From: a virus | Taxonomy: Duplodnaviria; Caudoviricetes | IMG/VR virus record: IMGVR_UViG_3300030419_003532 | Span: 588 to 64,587 of that record | Reading direction: 5' to 3' (one strand) | DNA length: 64,000 nucleotides | Shown: positions 55,449 through 64,000 of the stretch, piece by piece | Position numbering within the stretch: the first letter of the stretch is position 1 | Layout of the letters: the number at the start of each line of letters is the position of its first letter | The notes under the pieces: generated by a model | Databases searched by the model: none | Told to the model about the DNA's origin: nothing | Seen by the model: only the letters and a program-made list of their open reading frames with translations | Program-made: the position numbers and the translations under genes

Positions 55449-57203
55449 TTAGTAGGGTAATAAATTTTCACTAATGTTAACTAAATCTTCTAGCGGATAA
55501 TCTCCTGTAAATGTTTTAAATCTATTTGAAAGCCTGTCATATCTTAATTTGATAGGGTTCCCAGTTGGTACTCCTACTAATTTTTGAAATTTTATTTTCT
55601 GAACGTGTATATCTACAGTTGTGTCAGAAAAATCTTTTGGGTTAGGCCTATGAACAGTTATTATATTATCCGCTTTATTAAACCAGTTACTTCCACCTGC
55701 TATTCTGTATGCTGTAGGAACCTCATTGTCTCCAGAGCCTTTATCACTTCTCATAGTTATAGGGTGTGCTACAACCATAAATTTAAGATGATAGTTTTTC
55801 GTAAATTTTCTAATTTTATTTAATGTATCCGCTACATATATAGCTTCTGTCATTCCTCTAAAATCATGGTCTATCTGATTAAACGGGTCAATCAAAACCC
55901 CTTTTATACCTTTTCTTAAAACTAAATGTTTAAATTTATCAAGTATATTACTCAGGGTAAAACTATCTTCTGGATATACAATAAAGAAATGTTTATTGAC
56001 AAATTTCATCCCTCTAGAATACTCTGTCATACTCATTCTTCGTTTAGACTCAATATCAGAAGTTTTTCCTATATACATTTCAACCAATGTCTCGTACAGC
56101 TCTCCTATAGGATAATTCTCTGGAGAAAAAACACCCCATTTCCACCCATATAATATAGAGCCATTCATCATAAGTTGAAAACAAAATGAGGTTTTCCCAT
56201 GACCAGGTATTCCTGTAAAGACATCAAATTCTCCCATCCTGAAAGTGTAGTGTGGATTTAAATCATCGTAACCAGTGGTGTCCCCTTTTTTCTTACCATT
56301 ATGATAAGAATCTATCATCATATCTTCAACGTCAGAAACAGAAAATACTCCATCTACTGGATAATCCCTAGCGTTATTATAGCACTCTAGCAGTTTATCT
56401 TTACCATAATTTACTAGAACATCATTTGCATCTTTACAATTTTCTGGAAAATCAATAATCATTATCCTTTCCTTCCCTAGTCTTCTAGCTAATTCTTCAA
56501 GCAACCTTCTTCCGTTTACATCATTATCTACTGCTATAAATATATTATCCATACTCTCAAAATATCTATGACAATTATCAAGATAAGAGAATTTAGTTTC
56601 TACATTTTTAGCATTAGGATTAGGAGCTCCATCTGGAACGCTCACCGTTTCTGTTTTACCTATAACGTCAAAAGATAATTTATCAATTTCTCCCTCAACA
56701 ATTATACAGGTGTTAGTATCTTTAATATCATCCAGACCATAAAATATTTTTTCTGCCCCAGCAACTTGTTTAAAATTCTTATCTCCATCTCTGTATTTTA
56801 TATTTATTAACTCTCCATCTCTATAATAGTTAAAACAAATACAATTTCTGTTTTTCTCAACTTGAGGCATATATATACTGCACTCTGTAACCTTATTTCT
56901 TTCAAGAATACTTTTAGAAATACCTCTTTTATCAAAATACTCTACAATCTTACTAGGAAGAACTCTCTTCTTTATAAGCTTTGGTTTTGTGTACTGTTTA
57001 TTATCCATTAATTTATCTTTAATAACCCCAGACCAAGCACAGTGATGACATGTGAACAAGCCTGTATCAGTATTTATAGCTAAACAAGGTTCTTTCTTCT
57101 TTTTTCTTTGGTGAGAACATCTAGGACATACAGCCTTAACTTCAGAAGACCATCTTCCTTTATAGGTTATTCCAAAGTCTGAAAGAAGGCTTCTGTCTAT
57201 CAT
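55449..57203 (-). CDS. Primase-helicase (T7 gp4/Twinkle-like)
   Basis: Zn finger CPRC...CHHC, Toprim EGEID and DND, Walker A GIPGHGKT, IDPFN, VAHP. Confidence 0.9.
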   Translation of the reverse strand: MIDRSLLSDFGITYKGRWSSEVKAVCPRCSHQRKKKKEPCLAINTDTGLFTCHHCAWSGVIKDKLMDNKQYTKPKLIKKRVLPSKIVEYFDKRGISKSILERNKVTECSIYMPQVEKNRNCICFNYYRDGELINIKYRDGDKNFKQVAGAEKIFYGLDDIKDTNTCIIVEGEIDKLSFDVIGKTETVSVPDGAPNPNAKNVETKFSYLDNCHRYFESMDNIFIAVDNDVNGRRLLEELARRLGKERIMIIDFPENCKDANDVLVNYGKDKLLECYNNARDYPVDGVFSVSDVEDMMIDSYHNGKKKGDTTGYDDLNPHYTFRMGEFDVFTGIPGHGKTSFCFQLMMNGSILYGWKWGVFSPENYPIGELYETLVEMYIGKTSDIESKRRMSMTEYSRGMKFVNKHFFIVYPEDSFTLSNILDKFKHLVLRKGIKGVLIDPFNQIDHDFRGMTEAIYVADTLNKIRKFTKNYHLKFMVVAHPITMRSDKGSGDNEVPTAYRIAGGSNWFNKADNIITVHRPNPKDFSDTTVDIHVQKIKFQKLVGVPTGNPIKLRYDRLSNRFKTFTGDYPLEDLVNISENLLPY

Positions 57204-57868
57204 CCTTTAAAGGCTTTATCAAAATCCTCCTTAGTCATATTATCGTAAGACTTTTCAGATACGACTGAATTATTATTTATTAGCTCATCATTCCAAGACT
57301 CATTTCTTAGATAAGTCTCTGGGTTTTTTCTGTATTTCTTATCAGGCTGTGCTTTTTTATATTTATCTATGTAATTTATCGCTTCTTCTTTTTTATCTTT
57401 TGAAAGTTTCTTCCATAAAGACTCGCATTTAGTTCTAGCGGTCTTCTTATCATATTCATCCCAAAATTCATCAAACCTATCTAGATTTCCCCATCTTTTC
57501 ATAGATTTATCTTTCTGCATTTGATTTTTTTTGTCTCTGATGCTCAGTCTTTTAATCAAACTAGAAGACCAAAAGAAAGAGTCATCAGATTCAAAAAGAG
57601 AGAAAGAGTCCACACAATCTTTTATAAATTCAGATAATTTATCTGGATTAGTTTGCATTCTCTTTGATAATACAGAAAGATAACCTTTATTATTAATCGG
57701 TAGTCTGTATTCTTCCTCCATTGATAGTGTTTCTATGATAATCCAATAGAACCCATACCCTTCAGCACCCCATACAGACATCATGAGTTCTATTTTTATA
57801 TCACTCCACGCATCAGTGTCGTGTGAGAAATAAAACGATTTAGTTTTAGCCATCTCTTCAGCAGTCAT
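57200..57868 (-). CDS. DUF4373/Lin1244-like replication initiator
   Basis: YFSHD...GAEGYGFYWIIIE; C-terminal FDEFW..Y.KK...NPETYL...WNDE. Confidence 0.75.
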   Translation of the reverse strand: MTAEEMAKTKSFYFSHDTDAWSDIKIELMMSVWGAEGYGFYWIIIETLSMEEEYRLPINNKGYLSVLSKRMQTNPDKLSEFIKDCVDSFSLFESDDSFFWSSSLIKRLSIRDKKNQMQKDKSMKRWGNLDRFDEFWDEYDKKTARTKCESLWKKLSKDKKEEAINYIDKYKKAQPDKKYRKNPETYLRNESWNDELINNNSVVSEKSYDNMTKEDFDKAFKG

Positions 57869-58147
57869 TTAGAATGGTAAATCATCATCATCTTTTGACG
57901 ATTCAGTACTTGAGTTATCATTTTCAAAAACAAACTCCTTACCATTTCCAAGGTAATTTTTGTCAGTCTTATTTTCTCTTTCTTCTTTAGACTGAGACTG
58001 AAACACGTAATGTGTGTTCCCATATTGGTCTTCACCATCTCGGTTAGCTCCAACAGTTATGTTGAGGTATTTACCTTTTTTACCATCAACAATTTTACTT
58101 TTATCAATTTTACTTAAATTGATACTTGCATTAATTATACTACTCAT
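57869..58147 (-). CDS. Single-stranded DNA-binding protein (putative)
   Basis: GKYLNI...DQYGN...YLGNG and acidic DDDDLPF tail. Confidence 0.65.
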   Translation of the reverse strand: MSSIINASINLSKIDKSKIVDGKKGKYLNITVGANRDGEDQYGNTHYVFQSQSKEERENKTDKNYLGNGKEFVFENDNSSTESSKDDDDLPF

Positions 58148-58204
58148 AGTTAATAATTTTAATTCACCTACTCTAATTAAGGTTTTCGGCTTCCCCTTTT
58201 ATTT

Positions 58205-58519
58205 TTACATAAACCCGTGTCTTTCTAATTTATTATATAGTTTTTTTACTTCTATTTTCCCTCTACCTGTTATTCCGTATAAGGCTTTAGTTTTATTCTT
58301 TCCGCCTCCTCCTTTTACCATATGTATTAATCCTAATTTTCTCAACCTTCTAATCCCTCTACTTATAGTTTCGCACCCATAAGGAACCTCTTTAACAACT
58401 TGATTATTGCTAAAAACTTCAGAATGATAAGCATATACTAAAATAAATACATAGCTAAACTTTAAGTCTAAGTCTTCTGATACTTTCTTCATTTCTAATC
58501 TGAGATATTTTAAATTCAT
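58205..58519 (-). CDS. MarR-like winged-helix DNA-binding protein
   Basis: TISRGIRRLRKLGLI...Y.ITGRG. Confidence 0.65.
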   Translation of the reverse strand: MNLKYLRLEMKKVSEDLDLKFSYVFILVYAYHSEVFSNNQVVKEVPYGCETISRGIRRLRKLGLIHMVKGGGGKNKTKALYGITGRGKIEVKKLYNKLERHGFM

Positions 58520-59109
58520 TATACTAAGACCTCTTTACCAGTACAAAAAATTCTATGCCCATCTCCAGCACACATAAACCCTTCCTCTTCATACATCATA
58601 TCGTCTCTAAATTCCCATCCTGAACCTTTTCTAACCCTGCCTTTAATATAAGTTCTTCCCCCTCTAGTCTCTATAGATTCATGCTCCCATATTATAGTGT
58701 TTTCTCCTTCTATTCCATATTTTAAATGTAGTTTATCCCCTTTATTAACTCTCATAAACCAATTTATATCTACATAATCCCTTCTATTCAAACATAGGTT
58801 GTCACATATTGTGTTTAAATCTTCTTTAACCGCCTTGTTATATCTTAGCTCTGTTTCAACTATAGATACCCCATGCATTACTGTAGCATGATTATTAACG
58901 CTACCACGAAAAGCAAAAAAGTCTCTTATACCAACAAATGTATTGATATTTCCGTGATGTCTCATAATATACATAGCCATCTGTCTTGCTTTTGCTTGTA
59001 GTCTTTTTCTATTTCTAGCAAAAAACTGCTCTTCTGTTATTGAATAGTAGCTACAAACCTCAACCACTATATTATATAAATTGATTTTTCTTTTTTTCAT
59101 TCTTTCCAT
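58519..59109 (-). CDS. DnaA C-terminal (domain IV) HTH protein
   Basis: IV..VC.YY.I......R....ARQMAMYIMR...NHATVMHG matches the Bac_DnaA_C signature. Confidence 0.8.
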   Translation of the reverse strand: MERMKKRKINLYNIVVEVCSYYSITEEQFFARNRKRLQAKARQMAMYIMRHHGNINTFVGIRDFFAFRGSVNNHATVMHGVSIVETELRYNKAVKEDLNTICDNLCLNRRDYVDINWFMRVNKGDKLHLKYGIEGENTIIWEHESIETRGGRTYIKGRVRKGSGWEFRDDMMYEEEGFMCAGDGHRIFCTGKEVLV

Positions 59110-59879
59110 TATAATTCTTCTTTAAAATAAAATTCTTTTATTGATTTTTCTTTATCTATAAAATACTCTCTATACTTTTCCATTAATTTTGATATTTCAA
59201 TTCTTCCATTGTTTAAAAACTCATCAGAAGCTTTATATAATCCTGTTCTGTATGGGGCTTCTTTTTCAACTACAGCAAACCAAAATTCATCAGCCCCCAT
59301 TCCATCTGTATAAAAAGCCGCTTGCCTATGATAACCATATTTATAAGCAGACCTCCTAAATGCATCAGGGCTAGCGTCTTGTGTAGTTTTAACATCAATG
59401 AGTATCTTTTTATCATTAGAGTCATAAACACAATCAACCTTTCCTTTACAATTAATATTCAAAGTATTCCAAACATTTACAACCTCATGAGTAGAGTTTT
59501 CTATAAACTCATAAGACTCATCAGGAGTGACTAGATGTTTTCTCATATCAAGTATTTTTTTATATTCAGCCTCGGTTATGATAGTGATTCCTTCATTTTT
59601 TTCTTTAAATTCCTCCCATACCTTACCACGTCTAGTCTTGCCTTCAAATACAGCTATATCTGTTTCAAATTTTTCTGGCTCCAAGACTATTGTGTGAAAT
59701 GCTTTCCCAAAATTAAGTGCCGAAGACTCTTCCTTGTGTCCTTCTAACATTCTTTGCAGATGTTGAGGGGATTTATTAAGTAAAGATAACATGCTATTAG
59801 TTACAAAATTCGTATCTGAATAATATACTTTATCATCACTTAAAATTAATTCGTGTTTTAATTTATCCTGTATATCCAT
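59109..59879 (-). CDS. RecE/ExoVIII-like PD-(D/E)XK exonuclease (DUF3799)
   Basis: FGKAFH..VLEP, CKGKVD, DVKTT, YGYHRQAAFY. Confidence 0.85.
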   Translation of the reverse strand: MDIQDKLKHELILSDDKVYYSDTNFVTNSMLSLLNKSPQHLQRMLEGHKEESSALNFGKAFHTIVLEPEKFETDIAVFEGKTRRGKVWEEFKEKNEGITIITEAEYKKILDMRKHLVTPDESYEFIENSTHEVVNVWNTLNINCKGKVDCVYDSNDKKILIDVKTTQDASPDAFRRSAYKYGYHRQAAFYTDGMGADEFWFAVVEKEAPYRTGLYKASDEFLNNGRIEISKLMEKYREYFIDKEKSIKEFYFKEEL

Positions 59880-60490
59880 TATGCTAGTGCTTTATCTAAT
59901 TTTTCTTTTTGTGTTTTTGTCATGATATAATCGTGCATCCTTTCTTTTACCTTATCTCCTTTACCTTGTTTAATAGCCTCCATCATAAGACTAAAAATTT
60001 CTGCTGTCATTTTAGTGCCTGGAGCATGTTTATCTTTGTCTGCTTTAGCGTTAACCTTAGAAAACTCTTTCTTCATCTGAGCAACATATCTATTATCATC
60101 CCATTGGCCTAAGAATACATCAGCATTGAAGCCTAGTTTAGATAATCCTTTAGTAAGAGCATCCGTAGATACTTTCTTAAAGCACTCATCGTCTAACTTA
60201 CCTGACTTACTGTGCGTAGCAATAGAAGAATTTATCTCAAATATATGTTTCCCTTCAGAGTCTTTCCACCATAGCTCAGCTGTATAGCCAATAAGTCCAT
60301 CAATAATTGGATTAAAAAATTCTCTTGTTATTCCCCATCCTTTACCAAAAGCTCCAAATTGTTCAGTAGCACACATGATTTGATACTGTGCCTGAACACT
60401 TGTAAACTTACGACCAAAACCCACTTGTTTAGTGTATTTTGGATTTGTTTTTTCAACTGCTTTCCACAGCTTCATGTTGTTTTTGTCCAT
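59879..60490 (-). CDS. Rad52/Sak-like single-strand annealing protein
   Basis: EQFG..GKGWG, KKVSTDALTK.LS.LG..ADVF; paired with the exonuclease. Confidence 0.75.
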   Translation of the reverse strand: MDKNNMKLWKAVEKTNPKYTKQVGFGRKFTSVQAQYQIMCATEQFGAFGKGWGITREFFNPIIDGLIGYTAELWWKDSEGKHIFEINSSIATHSKSGKLDDECFKKVSTDALTKGLSKLGFNADVFLGQWDDNRYVAQMKKEFSKVNAKADKDKHAPGTKMTAEIFSLMMEAIKQGKGDKVKERMHDYIMTKTQKEKLDKALA

Positions 60491-60517
60491 AATTTAATTT
60501 AATTTAATTTAAAAATA

Positions 60518-60622
60518 AGAGAATTTGTAAAGAGGAAACTGGGCACAAGTATTACGACTAATAACAGAGTGGATATGAAGCCCCGCAGTCCTCACGGATA
60601 CTGCCCTCTTTACTTATCTCTT
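60518..60622 (-). ncRNA. Candidate structured RNA in the SSAP leader
   Basis: Closing stem GTAAAGAGG/CCTCTTTAC, GCAG..TCC-GTGA-GGA-CTGC hairpin, GGGC/GCCC arm. Confidence 0.45.
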
Positions 60623-60759
60623 TTACTTAATTTTTTTTCTAATTCTTTCACTCTAGTTTTTAGTTTTGATACTTTATTTCTTTCTTCACTATACATTAAC
60701 ACCCAAAAGCTTACCTCCTTACTGTTAATTTTAGTAAAATTTCTAGTATAGTTAGTCAT
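60610..60759 (-). CDS. Small coiled-coil protein, 49 aa (MTNYTRNF...KKLSKRDK)
   Basis: Hand translation; first ATG after promoter 60784-60791. Confidence 0.55.
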   Translation of the reverse strand: MTNYTRNFTKINSKEVSFWVLMYSEERNKVSKLKTRVKELEKKLSKRDK

Positions 60760-60783
60760 GGTTTTAATGTTTTAATTTCTCTG

Positions 60784-60791
60784 CAAATATA
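60784..60791 (-). promoter_or_regulatory. Promoter -7 element for the replication operon
   Basis: TATATTTG; TTG about 22 nt upstream. Confidence 0.65.
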
Positions 60792-60819
60792 TAACAACTT
60801 TATTAAATAGAGTCAATTG

Positions 60820-61194
60820 TTAATAACTTTTTATGTCATTCATGTAGTCTAGGAGGTCGTCAACCACTTCTTTAGGTACATTTCCTTCTGAAACTTCATT
60901 TTTCATAGCTTCTATTGTTGTTAATTGTTGTATTTTATGCATAACTTGAGGATATTTTATAGCATACATCACACTTATTAAGACTTGTTTTGTCTTAATG
61001 CAGTGCATTATAAAAGCTTCTTGACCTTCTAGCTCTAAAACCTCCATATCCTCGTATTTATCTACCATATGCTCATCATACACCTTATCTGATAGCTCTA
61101 GTTTCCTTATAGATTCATTTAAAACTAGAGCAATCTCATCTATAAGCATCTTTATTAAAGATACTTTTTCTTCAAATTCCATTTTTCCAAACAT
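60820..61194 (-). CDS. Hypothetical protein
   Basis: ORF track; start at MFGK after the A-rich leader (alternative start 61245). Confidence 0.6.
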   Translation of the reverse strand: MFGKMEFEEKVSLIKMLIDEIALVLNESIRKLELSDKVYDEHMVDKYEDMEVLELEGQEAFIMHCIKTKQVLISVMYAIKYPQVMHKIQQLTTIEAMKNEVSEGNVPKEVVDDLLDYMNDIKSY

Positions 61195-61215
61195 TATATT
61201 TTTTTTATTTATTAA

Positions 61216-61241
61216 TTTATTTATGGCAATGCCACGGCATA
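61216..61241 (-). repeat. Dispersed 26-nt element (copy 2)
   Basis: TATGCCGTGGCATTGCCATAAATAAA. Confidence 0.75.
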
Positions 61242-61484
61242 TCATATCTCTAGTATAGTTACTGTTTCATCTGCATCACCTTGAGCATCTGCGTTGAAAA
61301 TTATATAATTAGATTCTTCCCTATATTTATCTAATAGGAGTTCTATAACATCTAAATCATACATATCATAATCCCAATCTTTAATGGGAGAGCCAAACAC
61401 TTTTTCAAACTCTTTTTCTAATCCAAATCCTGTCAAAAATTCTGACAAAGAAACATTATATCTTTCTTTTATTTCTATTACCAT
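61242..61484 (-). CDS. Small acidic early protein
   Basis: ORF track. Confidence 0.6.
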   Translation of the reverse strand: MVIEIKERYNVSLSEFLTGFGLEKEFEKVFGSPIKDWDYDMYDLDVIELLLDKYREESNYIIFNADAQGDADETVTILEI

Positions 61485-61596
61485 AGTTAATTATTTATTA
61501 ATTTATAAAATTCTACCAATAGTCATTCCTATCACAAACATTGTAGCACCAAAACATGCTATAAATAATAGTAATTCGTTATCTCTTTTCTGGTTA

Positions 61597-61854
61597 TTAT
61601 TCTTCATTATTTTTCTTTTTAAGTTTAAGTTCTTGTGCAAGAGAGTCTATCCTTTTTCGTATAGTCATAATGTTTTCTGTGATAGCTCTATCTAATATAT
61701 GAAAAGAAGTATCTTTATCGCACTCATATATATCCTGAACATCAGAATACTTCCATAGTCTTTCCACATAATATCCTAATTTTCTTAGGTTTTCTTTACC
61801 AACATTTTCTAATTCATATTGTTCTTCTAATTTATTTAGTTCAGATTTTTCCAT
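61597..61854 (-). CDS. Small early protein
   Basis: ORF track. Confidence 0.6.
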   Translation of the reverse strand: MEKSELNKLEEQYELENVGKENLRKLGYYVERLWKYSDVQDIYECDKDTSFHILDRAITENIMTIRKRIDSLAQELKLKKKNNEE

Positions 61855-61883
61855 TTTATTTATTTTTAATTGTTATTTTTATT

Positions 61884-62099
61884 TTATTCATCTCTCATAT
61901 CCTCTAAATAGTTTTCTCTTTGTATATCTTCATATTCGTAATCCTCAATTATCTCACAATAATCTCCACAAGCTATACATACTATTCTTTCCTCACAATT
62001 TTCATCCTCAATATCCTCATATTCATCTCCACAACATCTGCTTACCATACCACATCCCTCATCATCAGGGGACATTAGCTTCCAATTATCATAATTCAT
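61884..62099 (-). CDS. Small acidic Zn-binding early protein
   Basis: MNYDNWKLMSP, SRCCG...CIACGDYC. Confidence 0.6.
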   Translation of the reverse strand: MNYDNWKLMSPDDEGCGMVSRCCGDEYEDIEDENCEERIVCIACGDYCEIIEDYEYEDIQRENYLEDMRDE

Positions 62100-62290
62100 A
62101 ACGATACTTTTTCAAGTTTCTCTAATCTCCTTTCCCTTTCTTCCAATGATAGTGATTCCCAATTATTAGGTTTAATAATTCCTGGAGTTGCAAATACAAT
62201 CCTTTCTTTGAACGCTATCTTTTCTTCTCTAGTTTGTTCTGTCATTGAGCCTAGAGTTAGAAATAATTTCATAAAATTTAAGTTTTCCAT
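62096..62290 (-). CDS. Small early protein
   Basis: ORF track. Confidence 0.6.
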   Translation of the reverse strand: MENLNFMKLFLTLGSMTEQTREEKIAFKERIVFATPGIIKPNNWESLSLEERERRLEKLEKVSL

Positions 62291-62394
62291 AGTTATTTAG
62301 TTTTTTAAGGGCAAGAGTTGTTAACAAGTCTGATTTAACTTACCTCGTGAATTTTGTAAGTACCCTTATTTAGTTTTAGTTAATAGTTCCGTAG

Positions 62395-62703
62395 CTATTT
62401 ATTTTTATTGTTAATGTTTAAATCATTATATTTCGTCATTTCCAAGCTAGTATCCAATAATTCATTCATAACGGAGTGTATTGTAGTGCTTGCATTTGTT
62501 ACTTTTATATTGTGTGATGTACCTTTTCTCTCTAATTGAGATTTATAGTAATCTCTATTTTCCTCAACTAATCTTAATATAATTTTTGCTCTTTCAATTT
62601 TATCAAACTCTTCATCTGTTAATCTTGCTAGTATTCTATCTGAAGAGTCTCTCTCGTTTCTATCCCATACAATTTTTGTTGGTATTTTTATATATTTTCC
62701 CAT
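62395..62703 (-). CDS. Small early protein
   Basis: ORF track. Confidence 0.55.
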   Translation of the reverse strand: MGKYIKIPTKIVWDRNERDSSDRILARLTDEEFDKIERAKIILRLVEENRDYYKSQLERKGTSHNIKVTNASTTIHSVMNELLDTSLEMTKYNDLNINNKNK

Positions 62704-62717
62704 AGTTTTATTTGTTT

Positions 62718-62939
62718 TTAGTTATTTTTATCATTATATTCTACATTTAGCTGTTTATACATTTGATAATCTAAACCTGTTCTTTCAAGAATGTATTGCA
62801 TAGTCGCTCCATCTATATCTCTTTCTTTAATCATCTCTATTATATCTTCAGTAATCGTTTCTAATTCATCGTTTATTGTTTCATCTTCATAATAAACATG
62901 TTCTTCATTATCTATGTTAACCATTTTTCTTCTTTTCAT
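62718..62939 (-). CDS. Small acidic early protein
   Basis: ORF track. Confidence 0.55.
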   Translation of the reverse strand: MKRRKMVNIDNEEHVYYEDETINDELETITEDIIEMIKERDIDGATMQYILERTGLDYQMYKQLNVEYNDKNN

Positions 62940-62941
62940 AA

Positions 62942-63181
62942 TTATTTAGTTTTAGTTAATATTCTTTCTTTAATTATATCAGTATAATATGTTTTCCACT
63001 CATCATATTTTCCATCATACATCTCCTGTGCCTCTTCTGAGAATACTCTCGTAATTATATTATATTTTGGTATAAAATGTTGTTCAACCTCTTCTGCCCA
63101 AGTATCATCTCCATAATATAATTCAGTTAGTTGAGTAGCAATTTCTTCTATAAATGTTATCTCGTTTTCATTTAATTCCAT
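62942..63181 (-). CDS. Small acidic early protein
   Basis: ORF track. Confidence 0.55.
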   Translation of the reverse strand: MELNENEITFIEEIATQLTELYYGDDTWAEEVEQHFIPKYNIITRVFSEEAQEMYDGKYDEWKTYYTDIIKERILTKTK

Positions 63182-63276
63182 AATTTTATTTATTTAATTT
63201 TTAAAAATTAGTGTGTAGTTTCTCGGACACTCTTCACATACATAGTTTACTTTCAGGTGTCGCACTAATTTAATTA

Positions 63277-63531
63277 TTATAAGTGTCCTCCAAATCCATC
63301 AGGGCATTCATATCTCCATTCAGATTCATCAAGCTCATCAGTCCAATCTCCGTAATTCATTCCATTTCCAAACTCTATTTCTGCATTGTCTAATGCTATT
63401 TGCATATCATCATTCCATTTGTCTTCATTACATACAAGCCAATTTTGAACATCATCTACATCTTTAGGTACTTCTACTTCTATTTCTGCTATCTTATGAT
63501 AGACGCATCTTTGTTTAATTTTTACTTTCAT
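63277..63531 (-). CDS. Small acidic early protein
   Basis: ORF track. Confidence 0.6.
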   Translation of the reverse strand: MKVKIKQRCVYHKIAEIEVEVPKDVDDVQNWLVCNEDKWNDDMQIALDNAEIEFGNGMNYGDWTDELDESEWRYECPDGFGGHL

Positions 63532-63542
63532 TTTATTTAGTT

Positions 63543-63752
63543 TTAAATTATTTCGTATGCTTTATTATAACATCTTTTTCTGTCAAAATCATTCCAATAT
63601 AAATTTTCCTCATCATTTTCATCATACAATCCATTGTCCTCTCCTATTTGTATTGCTAACTCTATCATATCAAATGTATCTGCTTGCCCCTCATCATTAA
63701 CTTTAATATGTTTAGCAATAACCTTTGCATATTCAGATATTTTTAATTCCAT
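63543..63752 (-). CDS. Small acidic early protein
   Basis: ORF track. Confidence 0.55.
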   Translation of the reverse strand: MELKISEYAKVIAKHIKVNDEGQADTFDMIELAIQIGEDNGLYDENDEENLYWNDFDRKRCYNKAYEII

Positions 63753-64000
63753 AGTTATTTAGTTTTAAGTTTGTTAAAGTATTCTTTTATTTCTCCCCTT
63801 AATATATGTACTGGGTTATCATTCCCATAATCACAATTTTTATTCACAATATCAATCACATCACTTAATATATCACCAAACTTAATCATTCGTGTATATT
63901 TTTGTATATCCATTATTATCTTTAACACTTCTCTACCTTCTTCTTTTGGTAAATCATTGTAATCATAATAATTAGCTAGTGCTGTTATGATGATAGTGTT

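Noticed and set aside
790-61695. Many short antisense or overlapping ORFs in the track (e.g. 790-999, 2007-2336, 11184-11447, 32178-32549, 58014-58382)
   Set aside because: They are shadows of better-supported genes, with F/L/I/S-rich antisense composition
63206-63270. Hammerhead ribozyme (CUGAAAG...GAAAC on the minus strand)
   Set aside because: Core is not CUGANGA and the stems do not fit the three-way topology
1-64000. Stop-codon recoding as in some crAss-like phages
   Set aside because: Long ORFs are intact under code 11, and TAG and TGA end genes at normal junctions (e.g. 30322, 19158)
1-64000. tRNA genes, integrase or att site
   Set aside because: No cloverleaf with T/D-loop consensus and no recombinase motifs were found by eye

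Overview
This AT-rich (~30% GC by eye) window is most of a tailed dsDNA phage genome, apparently starting at or near one terminus or origin. The host is probably a Bacteroidota (likely marine Flavobacteriia): there are eleven TATATTTG (TAnnTTTG) -7 promoter elements, a T9SS C-terminal sorting domain and SprB repeats. Layout: a non-coding 1-740 region with DnaA-box and IHF-like sites; a leftward operon of tiny basic/Cys-rich peptides plus an HNH; a GroES-like cluster; and a podovirus morphogenesis block (6.8-44.8 kb) resembling crAss-related phages (TerL, portal, scaffold, MCP, ring/tail proteins, ejection proteins including a 3189-aa polyvalent protein). These are followed by an accessory envelope cassette (OM beta-barrel, CxxC-less thioredoxin, lipoprotein, Cys micropeptide, SNase, 927-aa T9SS cargo) and lysis genes. 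On the minus strand lies a replication/recombination block (Sak-like SSAP, RecE-like exonuclease, DnaA domain-IV protein, SSB, DUF4373 initiator, primase-helicase, RusA) and small early genes. No DNA polymerase, RNA polymerase, integrase, tRNA or CRISPR array was seen. All family calls come from motif recognition by eye, not database searches.
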